Part shown: positions 39,031-49,825 of the stretch, piece after piece | Position numbering within the stretch: the stretch's first letter is position 1 | Layout of the letters: every line of letters begins with the position of its first letter | Source: Planctomycetota bacterium | GTDB lineage: Bacteria > Planctomycetota > B15-G4 | Direction: 5' to 3' | DNA length: 64,000 nt | Assembly: GCA_965248575.1 (NCBI GenBank) | Contig: CBDFJQ010000002.1 | Coordinates: 2,880,001-2,944,000 of the forward strand | The notes under the pieces: model-generated | What the model saw: the letters and a program-made list of their open reading frames with translations, nothing else | Told to the model about the DNA's origin: nothing | Database searches by the model: none | Made by a program: the position numbers and the translations under genes

Positions 39031-40188
39031 GTGCGCGTCGCCCTCGTACACCACTGGATGGTTCGACGCAGGGGGGGCGAGAAGTGCCTCGACGCCTTCG
39101 CGCGACTGCTGCCGGGCGCGGACCTGTTCACCTTGGTCCACGACCCCGAGGCCTGCCCCGCCCCCCCAGGCATCGGCCGGATCGTCACCAGCCCCTTGCA
39201 GCGACGCCCCGGCGCCAAGCGTTGGTTTCGCGCCTGGCTCCCGCGCTTCCCCCAGCACTATCGGGCCCTCGACCTCAGCGGCTACGGGCTGGTCCTGACG
39301 AGCGACGCCTCGGTCGCCAAGACGGTCCGGGTGCCCGAGGGCGTGCCACACATCTGCTACTGCTACAGCCCCGTGCGCTATGCCTTCGACCTGCGGGATG
39401 TCTACCTGCGGGAGTCGGTGCCAGGCCCCTTGCGCCCGCTGGCACGGCAGGTCTTGAACCGCCTGGCCGCTGCCGACCGCGAAGCTGCGCAGAAGGTCAC
39501 CGCCTTCATCGCCATCTCCGAGCACGTCGCCGACCGCATCCGGCGCTGCTACGGCCGGGAGTCCCAAGTGATCTACCCGCCCGTGGATGTGGAGTTCTTC
39601 CATCCCGCAGACGCTGCTTCCTCGAGCACTTCCGCGAGCCCGTCAGCAACCGCCCCCTATCTGCTGCTCGGTGAAGCCGTGGCCTACAAGCGCTTCGACC
39701 TCGCCGTCAGGGCATGTCGCGACCTGGACCGGGAGCTGATCGTGGCGGGCGGCGGCCCCCACTTCGAGCGCCTGCGCCGCATTGCCGGACCTCGGACTCG
39801 CTTCATCAGCAAGCCCGACGACCTGCAGGTGCGCGAGCTCTACCGAGGCTGTCGCGCCCTGCTGTTCCCTGGCGAAGAAGACTTCGGTTTAGTGCCTGTG
39901 GAAGCCATGGCATGTGGCCGACCTGTCATCGCCTATGGCGTGGGCGGCGCTGCCGAAACCGTCGTTCATGAGAAGACGGGTATCGTTTATCACGGTGACG
40001 GCGTCCTCGACCTGACGCAGGCGATCGAGACGTTTGAAGCATGGGAACACAAATTCGAGAGATCGAATGCTGTCTCGAGAGCAGGTATGTTTTCTCAAGG
40101 CGCCCACGAGCGCGCCATGAGAAGGGTGCTCGCAACCTTCACCATGTCCGAGCCCACCCACGACGCAGATGCTTTCCAAACGGACTGA
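39031..40188 (+). CDS. Glycosyltransferase family 4
   Basis: VALVHHW...GGEK; EDFGLVPVEAMACGRPV. Confidence 0.9.
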   Translation: MRVALVHHWMVRRRGGEKCLDAFARLLPGADLFTLVHDPEACPAPPGIGRIVTSPLQRRPGAKRWFRAWLPRFPQHYRALDLSGYGLVLTSDASVAKTVRVPEGVPHICYCYSPVRYAFDLRDVYLRESVPGPLRPLARQVLNRLAAADREAAQKVTAFIAISEHVADRIRRCYGRESQVIYPPVDVEFFHPADAASSSTSASPSATAPYLLLGEAVAYKRFDLAVRACRDLDRELIVAGGGPHFERLRRIAGPRTRFISKPDDLQVRELYRGCRALLFPGEEDFGLVPVEAMACGRPVIAYGVGGAAETVVHEKTGIVYHGDGVLDLTQAIETFEAWEHKFERSNAVSRAGMFSQGAHERAMRRVLATFTMSEPTHDADAFQTD

Positions 40189-41572
40189 AACGGCACGGGT
40201 TTCTTTGTTCGTGCTCGACCAGGCACTCCTGGCCGGTGCGTTTGTAGCTGCCTATCAGTTGAAGGTCCGGTTCATCCTCCCGGACCCGGAGTTGGTGCCC
40301 GAGGTGTACATCCGCCTCTACAGCATGGCGGCACCCATCCTGGCCATCGTGCTCTCCTGCTGCGGGTTCTATCGTCTCAAGGACGATGAGTTCCCGCCCC
40401 GAGGGGTGCGCATCCGGGACATGTGCTGGGGCGGATTCCTGTCCCTCGCCGTGCTGGTGCTGGTGGGCTTCATCATCAAGCCGATTGGCCCCGGCGGCAT
40501 CGAAGCTCCGCACTACTCCCGTGCCATCGCGTTCATGTTCATGGGCATGTCCGCCATCGCCCTGGGGCTCTCGCGCAAGCTGCTGAGCGTAGCCCGCACG
40601 CGTCTGCGCGGAGACCCCGACCGCCACGCCCGGGTGGTGGTCTTCGGAATGTCCCCGCGCATCCTGAAACTGCTGGGCGTCTTCCAGCGCACGGTCCACA
40701 TGAATGTCAGCGTCGTGGGCGTGGATGCCGACCACGTTCCGGAGGACGTCGCGCCGCGGCTGCCCACCCACGAAGCCATCGCGCTGATCGAACAGGGTCG
40801 GGTGGACCATGTGCTCGTCGACGCCGGTGACGTGGAAAGCGAGCAGCTGAATCGGATCCTGGCCCTGGCTGATCGAGAAGGTATCTCGGTGCACATCACC
40901 GCCTCCATCTTCCCGTCCACGAACCTGGTCCCCACCTGGGAGCGCTTGGGAGATGTGCCGGTGCTGGGGTTCATCACCGCCGAGCTGCCCTTCGGGGCGC
41001 GCTGCGCCAAGCGCCTGTTCGACGTCGTGCTCTCGCTCGTGGGCATGGCGGCTCTCTCCCCGCTGCTGCTGCTCATCGCGGTGCTGGTCCGCCTCGAATC
41101 AGCGGGGCCGGCCTTCTTCGTCCAGAAGCGCGTCGGTGTGCGCGGCCGCACCTTCCGCATGTTCAAGTTCCGCACCATGGGCTTGGATGCCGAGATCGAT
41201 TCCGGCCCCACCATGGCCGTGGAGAACGACGCGCGCTGCACCCGCCTCGGCAGCTTCCTGAGGCGTTGGAACCTGGACGAGTTGCCCCAGTTGGCCAACG
41301 TCTTCCTGGGCCACATGAGCCTGGTGGGCCCGCGCCCCGAACGCCCCGAGTTCGTCCAGGACTTCAAGCGCACCATCCCGCGCTACGCCCACAAGCACTG
41401 GTTCAAGCCGGGCATCACGGGCTGGGCGCAGATTCACGGGCTCCGGGGGCAGGCGACGTCCCTGGAAGAACGCATCGACCACGACATGTACTACATCGAG
41501 CACTGGTCGCTGATGTTCGACGTGCGCATTCTCGTGCGCACGGTGGTCGACGGCTACGTCAACGCGGCCTGA
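40169..41572 (+). CDS. WcaJ-like polyprenyl glycosylphosphotransferase
   Basis: N-terminal TM helices; KRLFD, KFRTM, LDELPQ, MSLVGPRPE, KPGITGWAQ. Confidence 0.9.
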   Translation: MLSKRTETARVSLFVLDQALLAGAFVAAYQLKVRFILPDPELVPEVYIRLYSMAAPILAIVLSCCGFYRLKDDEFPPRGVRIRDMCWGGFLSLAVLVLVGFIIKPIGPGGIEAPHYSRAIAFMFMGMSAIALGLSRKLLSVARTRLRGDPDRHARVVVFGMSPRILKLLGVFQRTVHMNVSVVGVDADHVPEDVAPRLPTHEAIALIEQGRVDHVLVDAGDVESEQLNRILALADREGISVHITASIFPSTNLVPTWERLGDVPVLGFITAELPFGARCAKRLFDVVLSLVGMAALSPLLLLIAVLVRLESAGPAFFVQKRVGVRGRTFRMFKFRTMGLDAEIDSGPTMAVENDARCTRLGSFLRRWNLDELPQLANVFLGHMSLVGPRPERPEFVQDFKRTIPRYAHKHWFKPGITGWAQIHGLRGQATSLEERIDHDMYYIEHWSLMFDVRILVRTVVDGYVNAA

Positions 41573-42131
41573 GGTAGAACCCCTCCACACGCGCGACGGG
41601 TGCGGCCAGGGCGTGCACGGCGCGGGATCGCAGGTCGGCCAGATCCAGACCCATCACCTGCGCAGAGCGCGCCCCGAGTTGCGCCTGCTCCAGGAGTTCG
41701 CAGGCACTGTGCAGGAGGCGCGTCGCGCCGGCATCACTGCCGCGCTCGCGATTGAGGGAGCAGGCCGCCAACTGGATCAGCCCCTTGAGCAGCTGGTGCT
41801 GGACCTCGTCGCGGCCCTCGACCACGTGCCACAGCACTTCCCAGGTCTCGTGGGCTTCCCACCACCAGCCGCGGTTGAAGAGGTCGACACCCGCAAGGAA
41901 GGACGGGCTGTTCTCCCAGTCGCCACGGTGCACGAAGGCGGGGTTGGGTCGTTCGACACCGTGCCCCCATCCGCCCTCGTGGGCGAAGGGATGCGGCGCC
42001 TTGCCCGGCACGAAACGATAAGGCGGAAACTCCGCCCCGGGCGCGTAGCGCTGCGGGCAGTCGGCCGCACCTTCAACGGGTCGTCCCAGGGTCGGGTCCG
42101 CCGGATCGACGGAGGCGGGGGGAACGCTCAT
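41559..42131 (-). CDS. DUF309-domain protein
   Basis: LFNRGWWWEAHETWE...KGLIQLAA. Confidence 0.8.
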   Translation of the reverse strand: MSVPPASVDPADPTLGRPVEGAADCPQRYAPGAEFPPYRFVPGKAPHPFAHEGGWGHGVERPNPAFVHRGDWENSPSFLAGVDLFNRGWWWEAHETWEVLWHVVEGRDEVQHQLLKGLIQLAACSLNRERGSDAGATRLLHSACELLEQAQLGARSAQVMGLDLADLRSRAVHALAAPVARVEGFYLRPR

Positions 42132-43318
42132 GAGCAGGAGTCCTGCGGCGGCTCGGATGAGGACGCGCGTTCACGCATGAGGGTTTCCTGGGCACCGAGG
42201 TCCAACCAACCAGAGGGCAGGGAGACCTTTTCCTGGCTGCCCCCTCGCTTCGCGCGCGACACGCGCAAGGACTTCTGGGGGAAGGGCAAATCGGGGTTCA
42301 ACTCAGCGAGGTAACCGCGCATCTCCTCCAGTGAGTTGATGCTCTGCAGCCCCTTGCGCACGAACGACGCGCCGGGGAAACCCTTGGTGTACCAGCTGCT
42401 CCACTTGCGCAGCTCCAGCACGCCCTTGCGCTCACCAAAGAAGTCCACAAGCAGCTGGGCGTGCTCCAGCAGGATGCGCAGCACCTCACCCAGGACGGGC
42501 GGATCCTCGGGCTCGCGACCGTCGAAGGCCTCGGCGAGTTCCCGGAACAGCCACGGCCGCCCCAGGCAGCCGCGACCGATGATCACCCCGTCGCAGCCGG
42601 TCTGGCGCATCATCCGCAGGGCGTCGAAGGCCTCCCAGATGTCGCCGTTGCCCAGCACGGGAATCGTGGAGCGCTGCTTGATCTCGCCCAGGACCTCCCA
42701 GCGCGCCTGGCCGCTGTAGAGCTGGGCAGCGGTCCGGGCATGGACGCCGATCCAGCGCGCGCCCTCGCCCGCCGCCACATCCACGGCTGCCTGCCAGGTG
42801 AGGTGGCCGTCATCCAGCCCGAGCCGGGTCTTCACCGTGACGGGCTTGCCCCCAGCCCCTCGCACGGTGGCGCCAATCACCTGTCGCATGAGTTCAGGCC
42901 GGGCCGGGAGGGCGCTGCCCCCACCCCGGCTCGTGACCTTGCGCACCGGGCAGCCCATGTTGATGTCGATGTGGTCAGCACCGACCTCCTCCACCAGAAA
43001 ACGGGCCGCAGACTCCATTGCCCTGGGATCTGCCCCGAAAATCTGCACGGAACGGATGTCGTCGTCCTGGTCGAAGGAGGCCAGCTGAAGGGTCTTGGCG
43101 TCCCGTTCCGCGAGCCCCCTGGCGTGGACCATTTCGGCGACATACAGCCCAGCGCCCTGCTTGCGACACAGGGACCGGTAGGGCGGGTTGGTGACCCCCG
43201 CCATCGGTGCGAGCACCACGGGGGGCCAGAGCTGGACCCCCTCCGTCAGCGTCAAGGGCCCGAACTCCCCGGGCTCTGCGACGGGAACCGTGGCGTTGAT
43301 GGCGCTGCGCAAAGACAT
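42128..43318 (-). CDS. dusB: tRNA-dihydrouridine synthase B
   Basis: LAPMAGVT, DINMGCP, HAR, NGDI, IGRG. Confidence 0.9.
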   Translation of the reverse strand: MSLRSAINATVPVAEPGEFGPLTLTEGVQLWPPVVLAPMAGVTNPPYRSLCRKQGAGLYVAEMVHARGLAERDAKTLQLASFDQDDDIRSVQIFGADPRAMESAARFLVEEVGADHIDINMGCPVRKVTSRGGGSALPARPELMRQVIGATVRGAGGKPVTVKTRLGLDDGHLTWQAAVDVAAGEGARWIGVHARTAAQLYSGQARWEVLGEIKQRSTIPVLGNGDIWEAFDALRMMRQTGCDGVIIGRGCLGRPWLFRELAEAFDGREPEDPPVLGEVLRILLEHAQLLVDFFGERKGVLELRKWSSWYTKGFPGASFVRKGLQSINSLEEMRGYLAELNPDLPFPQKSLRVSRAKRGGSQEKVSLPSGWLDLGAQETLMRERASSSEPPQDSCS

Positions 43319-43672
43319 CCGCCCATTGTGGCAAAGCCAGCCTCGGCCGGGGGACCCAAAGGCTGGATCTGTTTGGGAAGCCTAGGTGTATCCGCCCTTC
43401 GGGTTTCCTAGGCTCAGAGGGCGTCATAGGTGTCGCCCGGCGGTGTGCACCACGACCCTGGCTGCGGATCCGCAAAAGGACGACCCATCATCCTGGATCC
43501 AAGGCGGCCGCGAGGGCGCTCATCGCCGGCCTCGCCCGTGATCGTTCACGGTCATCGACGGCCAATCCTGGCCGTCAGCCAGCACCATCGAAGTCACACC
43601 AGTACAGACACAAGTTCAGCCCGCGCCGCCTTGTCGGCCCCACCCAGACGGCTCTCACCGGAGATACACCAG

Positions 43673-44563
43673 ATGTTGTTCCGCTCCTCCTTGCGCACCG
43701 TGGGCACCATGGCCTGCGCCGTTGCGCTCACGCTCGCGTTCTCGGTTCCGACAGCTGCTCAGATCCAGAAGCCGAAGAATGCCGTCAAGAGCCTGAAGTC
43801 CCAATCCCAAGGCCTCGTCCAGGACGCCAAGAAGAGCCTGGTGAACACCAAGGTCGTGCTCGGCGCTCAGCTGGCTGGCTTCACCAAGGCCATCGCCAAT
43901 GGCGCCGCCTACAGCCCGGACAAGATCGAGTCGCTCTTCACGGACATCGAGGGCGTGCAGGCGGACATCTCCGAAGCCGTGCAGAACGCGGTGTTGGACA
44001 TGCGCGCCGTGGGCAGCCAACTGCTCACGGACATCAATGGTGGCCTGGTGGACCCGTCCATCGGCATCTACCCGGAGAACTTCTACCGGGGTGACCAGGG
44101 CCATCTCGACGCCTTCCACTTCAACGTGCGCGAGATCGTTCGCAAGTCGCTGAAGCTCACGCGTCATCGGATGCGTCGCCTCGCCAAGAACCTGCGCAAG
44201 AACACCACCGTGCAGGTGACGTCGGTTGTGGGTCCGCGTCTCGCCATGCCCGCACTCGTGATCGGTGAGGGCGTCGTGTCCCCGCTGGAAGAGATGCTCA
44301 TGGTCGACCTGCTCATGGCGCACTCCGACACGAACTTCAACGACGACGGCTTCCTCTACGCCTCGGGCAGCGCCAACGCCACCGAAGGTCCGGTGACCGT
44401 CGAGATCTACGACATCACCGGCCAGGTGGTGGCCAGCCAGCTGTCGCAGCTCAGCCCGCAGAACCGCTGGCTCGTCACCTTCGAAAACATGACCGAAGGC
44501 AACTACCAGGTGCTCGCCACGCAGGGTGTGCACCGCGCGCTGTCGGAGATCGGCGTGCGCTGA
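43673..44563 (+). CDS. Unknown secreted protein
   Basis: Signal peptide; strong codon bias; followed by a terminator. Confidence 0.75.
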   Translation: MLFRSSLRTVGTMACAVALTLAFSVPTAAQIQKPKNAVKSLKSQSQGLVQDAKKSLVNTKVVLGAQLAGFTKAIANGAAYSPDKIESLFTDIEGVQADISEAVQNAVLDMRAVGSQLLTDINGGLVDPSIGIYPENFYRGDQGHLDAFHFNVREIVRKSLKLTRHRMRRLAKNLRKNTTVQVTSVVGPRLAMPALVIGEGVVSPLEEMLMVDLLMAHSDTNFNDDGFLYASGSANATEGPVTVEIYDITGQVVASQLSQLSPQNRWLVTFENMTEGNYQVLATQGVHRALSEIGVR

Positions 44564-44597
44564 TCGTTCTCGAACACACGAGAACCGATCAGCACTG

Positions 44598-44634
44598 AAA
44601 CGGGCTGGGACGCGAGGCGTTCCAGCCCGTTTTT
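44598..44634 (+). terminator. Rho-independent terminator, likely bidirectional
   Basis: AAACGGGCTGGGACGC-GAG-GCGTTCCAGCCCGTTTTT between convergent genes. Confidence 0.8.
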
Positions 44635-44663
44635 CGTGAGGCCCTCCCCGACGCCGCGCGCCC

Positions 44664-46556
44664 TCAGCGAGGGCAGCTGCCGTCGAGCCCCATGTCGGAC
44701 CATTTGGCCTGGATGGAGTCGAGCAGCTCCGTCGGGTGCTTCTGCTCAGTGGGCCACTCGCGTTCGAAGCCATCCTTGAGCCCCTTGCTCGTGGCGTCGA
44801 TGCCGATCCGCCGCGGGTGCCAGTTGGCCCGTGGTCGCAGCGAAGTGTCCAGCGTCGGGTTGCCCGAGCGATGCACGTCCCGCTCTGGGTCGATGTGCGC
44901 CAAAGCCAACCACAGCAAGCGGGCCGGGTCATCCAGGCGCTCGCCCTTGTCGAGCACCAGCACCCGATCCGTCGCCGGGGAACAGTCCCGTTCAGCGCCG
45001 AGATTCCAGATCTGCTCCATGGTGACCCGGGGCACGCCCGGCGCCGCCTTGTCCACGGTGACCACCACCGCCTGGCCCAAGAGCACCACGGCCTTGTCCA
45101 CGCCGGCCAGGGCACACAGGGTGCTCACCAGCTCCTGCTCGTCGTCCGCACAGCGCTTGGGCCGCGCGGTGCGCTCGTCACAGGAGGGGAACTCCCGGGT
45201 CAGGTCGATGGAGACCTTGCTGCCGTAGTGCAGCGCCCGGCTGGCATGGTCGAGGGTCTCCGTCGGGCCCATCACGAATTCTAGGTCGCGGGAAACATCG
45301 AGCCGCTCCAGCAGCAACTCCATCAATGCCTCATCGTCTCGCAGGTCGGGCCCCTCCTCGTCCACCACCAGGACCACCTTGGTGAACATGGCCTGCCCCG
45401 TCCCCCAGACCGAGTGCGCCACCTTGCGCCCCTGCCCGGGGTAGTCCTTGCGGATCTTCAACATCATCAGATTGTGGAACACGCCCGCGAAGGGCATGTG
45501 CATGTCCAACACCTCGGGCAACAGCTTGCGCTGCAACGGCAAGAAGAGCCGCTCGATGGCCGCCGCCATGTAGCAGTCCTCCTGCGGCGGTGGGCCCACC
45601 ACGGTGGTGTGCCAGATGGCGTCCTTGCGATGGGTGATCGCGGTCACGTGCAGCACACCGTAGTCGTCCGCCAAGCTGTAGAAGCCGGTGTGGTCGCCAA
45701 AGGGCCCCTCGCGTCGTTGCTCATCCACGAGCACGTAGCCCTCGAAGACGAACTCAGCGCAAGCCGGCACCTCCAGGTCCACCGTGCGGCACGGCACCAT
45801 GTCCACCGGCGTGCCTTGCAAGAAGGCGGCAAAGAGCATCTCGTCCACACCGGGCGGCAGGGGTGCCACGGCGGAGAAGACCGTGGCGGGGCTGGCCCCC
45901 ACGGCCACCGCGACTTCGAGCGCCTCGCGCCCCAGGGCCTTGGCCCGGCGCAGGTGCTCGGCAGCTGTGTGATGGGTGTGCACGTGGAAGCCGAGGGTGT
46001 TCTCGTCGTAGCGCTGGAGGCGATACATGCCGCAGTTGCGCGCGCCTGTCTCCGGATCCTTGGTGTACACGAGCGGCAGGGTCACCGTCGGCCCCCCGTC
46101 TTCAGGCCAGGTGCGCAGCATGGGGACCTCCATCAAGTTGATGTCATCCCCTTCGTGCACCACTTCCTGGCAGGCGCCGGCCGCCTTGTGGCGCGGGAAC
46201 AGGCGTGCCAGTCGTGGCAGCAGCTTCAACCCCGCGAGTTTTTCCCGCAGCGAGACCCGCGGCTTCTCGAGCAGGGTCAGGAAGTCGTGGACCAGCGGCT
46301 CCAGCTCAGAGTGCGAGGACACACCGCAGGTCATGAGCATGCGCCGCTCACTGCCTTGGGCATTGATGAGAACGGGAAACCGGCTGCCTGTGACGTTCTC
46401 GAAAAGCAGGGCCTTGTTGGCACCCTCGCCGGCCCGGCTCACCCGGTCCGCGATGGCGGCGATCTCAAGCTCGGTGCTCACCTCGGCGGAAATCCGCACG
46501 AGTTCACCAGCTGCTTCCAGCTGCTTCAGGAACGACCGCAGGTCGGGCTGCTTCAC
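44664..46556 (-). CDS. UbiD-family decarboxylase (menaquinone/futalosine-pathway type)
   Basis: NCGMYRLQ, EGPFGDHTGFY, GPPPQED, QAMFTK; duplicated C-terminal domain. Confidence 0.85.
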   Translation of the reverse strand: MKQPDLRSFLKQLEAAGELVRISAEVSTELEIAAIADRVSRAGEGANKALLFENVTGSRFPVLINAQGSERRMLMTCGVSSHSELEPLVHDFLTLLEKPRVSLREKLAGLKLLPRLARLFPRHKAAGACQEVVHEGDDINLMEVPMLRTWPEDGGPTVTLPLVYTKDPETGARNCGMYRLQRYDENTLGFHVHTHHTAAEHLRRAKALGREALEVAVAVGASPATVFSAVAPLPPGVDEMLFAAFLQGTPVDMVPCRTVDLEVPACAEFVFEGYVLVDEQRREGPFGDHTGFYSLADDYGVLHVTAITHRKDAIWHTTVVGPPPQEDCYMAAAIERLFLPLQRKLLPEVLDMHMPFAGVFHNLMMLKIRKDYPGQGRKVAHSVWGTGQAMFTKVVLVVDEEGPDLRDDEALMELLLERLDVSRDLEFVMGPTETLDHASRALHYGSKVSIDLTREFPSCDERTARPKRCADDEQELVSTLCALAGVDKAVVLLGQAVVVTVDKAAPGVPRVTMEQIWNLGAERDCSPATDRVLVLDKGERLDDPARLLWLALAHIDPERDVHRSGNPTLDTSLRPRANWHPRRIGIDATSKGLKDGFEREWPTEQKHPTELLDSIQAKWSDMGLDGSCPR

Positions 46557-46770
46557 GGAGACCTCGTCTCTTCGGGAATGGGAGCGGGATTCTACCGAGT
46601 TGGCCCGTCCGACAAGGAATACCGACAGCGAGCCGATTCTGCCCCAGCGCGTGGATTCTCTCGGCCAGACCCACCTCGTTCGGGCAACATGGAGAGCTCG
46701 GAGCGATGGCGGCACTCCGGCTGCCATCGAGCGCACGTCACCTTGCCCAATCGAACAGGAGATCCAGACC

Positions 46771-47622
46771 GTGGGCCAAGCATGGGATCAGGTGGCAAAG
46801 GCCGCCGACAAGGTAGGCGCCCGCCTCGGCCGGGCACCCATCGGACTGGTGTTGGGCTCCGGGTTGTCGGAGTGCCTGGACAATCTCGAGCACCCTCAGG
46901 TCATGCCCTTCGGCGAGATCCCGGGCATGCCCCGGCCCACCACCGTGGGGCACCCAGGTGCCGTCATCTATGGGTTCCAGAACGACGTCCCTGTGCTCGC
47001 CCTCAGCGGCCGGATCCATATGTATGAGGGTCGCACCGAACGGGAAGTAGCCATGGGGGTTCGTCTTCTCTCCCTGCTCGGTGTACACACCCTTGTCGTC
47101 ACCAGCGCGGTGGGCTCCGTGGACACGACCCTTCTGCCCGGCCACATGATGATCGTCGAAGACCACATCAACATGAGTGGCACGAGCGTCCTCTCCGGAG
47201 AACACGAGGATCGCTTCGGACCGCGGTTCCCAGACATGAGCCGCGCCTATGACCCCGAGCTGATCCGGACGCTGGAAGAGGTCGGCAAGCTGGCCGGGGT
47301 GACCCTCAGCCGCGGCGTCCTGGCCCAATTCCATGGGCCCTCCTATGAGACACCCGCAGAAGTCCGACTGGCCCAGACCGTCGGCGCCCGGGTGGTGAGC
47401 ATGTCGATGGTGCCCGAGGTGCTGGCGGCTCGGCAGCGAGGCATGCGCGTGGCCGGCCTCGCCTGCGTGACCAACCTGGGCTCGGGTCTGCAGAGTGACA
47501 CCCTGAAGCATGACCATGTCCTGGCGGCCAGCGCCCAGCACTCGGCCAACCTGCAGGTCTTGCTGAGTGGTTCACTGCCTCGCCTGGCGGCCTTCGACCA
47601 GACGGGCGCCGGAACGCCGTGA
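46771..47622 (+). CDS. Purine-nucleoside phosphorylase (PunA/XapA type)
   Basis: GTG after AGGAG; LGSGL, GRIHMYEG, GPSYETPAE, MSMVPE. Confidence 0.85.
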   Translation: MGQAWDQVAKAADKVGARLGRAPIGLVLGSGLSECLDNLEHPQVMPFGEIPGMPRPTTVGHPGAVIYGFQNDVPVLALSGRIHMYEGRTEREVAMGVRLLSLLGVHTLVVTSAVGSVDTTLLPGHMMIVEDHINMSGTSVLSGEHEDRFGPRFPDMSRAYDPELIRTLEEVGKLAGVTLSRGVLAQFHGPSYETPAEVRLAQTVGARVVSMSMVPEVLAARQRGMRVAGLACVTNLGSGLQSDTLKHDHVLAASAQHSANLQVLLSGSLPRLAAFDQTGAGTP

Positions 47623-48203
47623 GCGAACGCGCCACGCAGTTTGGGCCCATCTCTCCAGCCAACTCGAGACAACTGTTCGGCCCCGACGAGATCCGTCACG
47701 CGGTGGATCAACTGGGGCTGGCGATCAGGAAGCGCTATGGCACGCGACCGTTGACGGTGGTCGTCGCCCTCAAGGGTGCGCTGGTGTTTTCTGCAGATCT
47801 CATCCGGCGGCTCGACATGCCGGTGCACCTGATGACCGTGACGGCGCGCTCGTATCGAGGCGCCGACACCACCCCTGGAGCGCTGGAGCTCAGCCTGTCC
47901 GACCTGGAGTCGCTCTCTGGGCGCGACGTCCTGATCGTGGACGACATCCTCGATACAGGCCGCACCCTGTCTGCCGTCGCAACCGAACTACGACGGCTTG
48001 GACCCGCGAGCCTCAGCTCCGTGGTCTTGCTGGACAAGCCCTCACGCCGTCAGGTCGACCTGCAGGCCGACTTCGTGGGCTTCACCATCGAAGATCACTT
48101 CGTGGTGGGTTATGGCCTGGACCACGACGGCCTCTACCGGAACCTGCCCTTCATCCTGGCCCTCGAGACCATCGACTCCATCGAGCAGTCCGGCGCGGTG
48201 TGA
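47619..48203 (+). CDS. hpt: Hypoxanthine phosphoribosyltransferase
   Basis: LKGA, IVDDILDTGRT, FVVGYGLD..YRNLP. Confidence 0.9.
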   Translation: MSERATQFGPISPANSRQLFGPDEIRHAVDQLGLAIRKRYGTRPLTVVVALKGALVFSADLIRRLDMPVHLMTVTARSYRGADTTPGALELSLSDLESLSGRDVLIVDDILDTGRTLSAVATELRRLGPASLSSVVLLDKPSRRQVDLQADFVGFTIEDHFVVGYGLDHDGLYRNLPFILALETIDSIEQSGAV

Positions 48204-48204
48204 T

Positions 48205-48540
48205 TCAGGCGCCCACCATCTCGATCGGCGCAGGCAAGACCACGAACACGAGGCAGCCTTCTTTCGAGGACGGGGTGTGTAACGAGCCCGGTGGATGCCG
48301 CACGAAGCTCCCGGCACCCCACCGACCGGCACCGTCCTCCAGCACTCCCTCGAGCACCAGGTACTGTTCGCCGAGCGGGTGACGATGCGCCCCGTAGCGC
48401 GCGCCCGGTTCAAACCGCAAGAGCACCGCTGATTCACCGCTCTCCGAATCGAAGCGAAGCTTCTTCCACATCACGCCGGGAGAAGGGCTCTCCCGCCAGG
48501 GCAGTTTCGTGGAGTCCACGAACAGGCTCTCGACATCCAT
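48205..48540 (-). CDS. ChrR-like cupin
   Basis: HRHPLGEQYLVLEG...HPPGSLHTP. Confidence 0.8.
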   Translation of the reverse strand: MDVESLFVDSTKLPWRESPSPGVMWKKLRFDSESGESAVLLRFEPGARYGAHRHPLGEQYLVLEGVLEDGAGRWGAGSFVRHPPGSLHTPSSKEGCLVFVVLPAPIEMVGA

Positions 48541-48808
48541 GTGTGCTTTCGACTCCATGCAGGGGGGGGGAGCGCGTCCGAAGGGAGATGCGCCTCAAGC
48601 GTGACGCCGAGTGTCCACCCTGTTCACCCGCTCCACAACGATCAGCGCGAGCGACAAGCGTCCATTTCGCCCGGGGGCGGGCTACCATGGGTTGCGGCGC
48701 GTACGCAGGCGCGACAACACGTGCGGAGATCTCGACGCTTCCCCTGAACACGGCGCACAGTCTCCATTCACCAGACCCCTGCCCCCTCGCTGGGATGAGA
48801 AGCCCGTC

Positions 48809-49825
48809 ATGCGCCCATGGTTCCCGATCGTCTTGCTGGCCAGTGCGTGCCTCGCCTTCGGGGCTTGCTCGAGGGGCGCGTCACAAACGGCAAGCGTCGA
48901 GGCGGCGGCAACATCCGAGACCGAGCAGCAAGCCGCGACAACGGAACCGGAGGCCGACGTCTCCGCCCCCGATCAGCCTGCCGTCGCCACGGATCACTCC
49001 GCCGTTGCCACCGAGGGCATCGAGTTCCAAGCGCGGGCATGGCAGGCCGGCGAGTCCTACACATCGACGACGCGCATGGAGCTGAAGCTCGACGCGGAGA
49101 TCGGGCTGGGCTTCCTCTCGCAGGAGGTCACCTACGTCGCGGAAGAAGAAGAACTGCTGGAAGTGGACGTGCTTGCCGACTCGGCCGAGGGCTCCTTGCA
49201 GCGCACCCTGCACTTCGTCAGCCGCAGCGCCACCAAGACCCTGCCGCTGGTCGGCAAGAAGACCAAGCAGCGTCGCGTCGCGGGGAAGACGTTCAACGTC
49301 ACCTCCACCGGAGAGGGCCACGAAATCCTGAATGTCTCTGGCAAGCCCGTGAACGAGAAGCTCGCACGGGACGTGGGCTTCACCCTGAACATCCTCGGCG
49401 AAGAGCCCGCGCTGTTCTCCCTGTTCGAACGCTCGAAGCCGACGGTGCTCGAAGTGGGCCACGTCCTGGAAATCGAGGGCGATGCTGCGCGCCGCATCGT
49501 GGGCCTCCCTTTCGAGCAGTTGAATATCGATCAGCTGCAGCTGGTCCTGCGCGCACCCACGGATCCCGACAGCCCCCTCGCGAGCTTCGACGCCGAGGCC
49601 GCCTTCTCAGGAAGCATGGAGCTGGGTGAGGGCATGCTGAGCATGAAGGCATCCCTCGACGGTGTCGTGACGGTAGAACGGGACAGCCTGCGCATCATGA
49701 AGGTGAAGCTGAAGGGTCGCGTGAAGGCCAAGCAGGCCCCGGGTGAGACGGGAGGGATGGTCTCGGCCAAGGGCTCAGGGCCGCTCAGCATCCGACGCCA
49801 GATCACCAACGGGAAGGGAACCTGA
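48809..49825 (+). CDS. Unknown lipoprotein
   Basis: Lipobox FGAC; stop codon abuts the next ATG. Confidence 0.75.
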   Translation: MRPWFPIVLLASACLAFGACSRGASQTASVEAAATSETEQQAATTEPEADVSAPDQPAVATDHSAVATEGIEFQARAWQAGESYTSTTRMELKLDAEIGLGFLSQEVTYVAEEEELLEVDVLADSAEGSLQRTLHFVSRSATKTLPLVGKKTKQRRVAGKTFNVTSTGEGHEILNVSGKPVNEKLARDVGFTLNILGEEPALFSLFERSKPTVLEVGHVLEIEGDAARRIVGLPFEQLNIDQLQLVLRAPTDPDSPLASFDAEAAFSGSMELGEGMLSMKASLDGVVTVERDSLRIMKVKLKGRVKAKQAPGETGGMVSAKGSGPLSIRRQITNGKGT

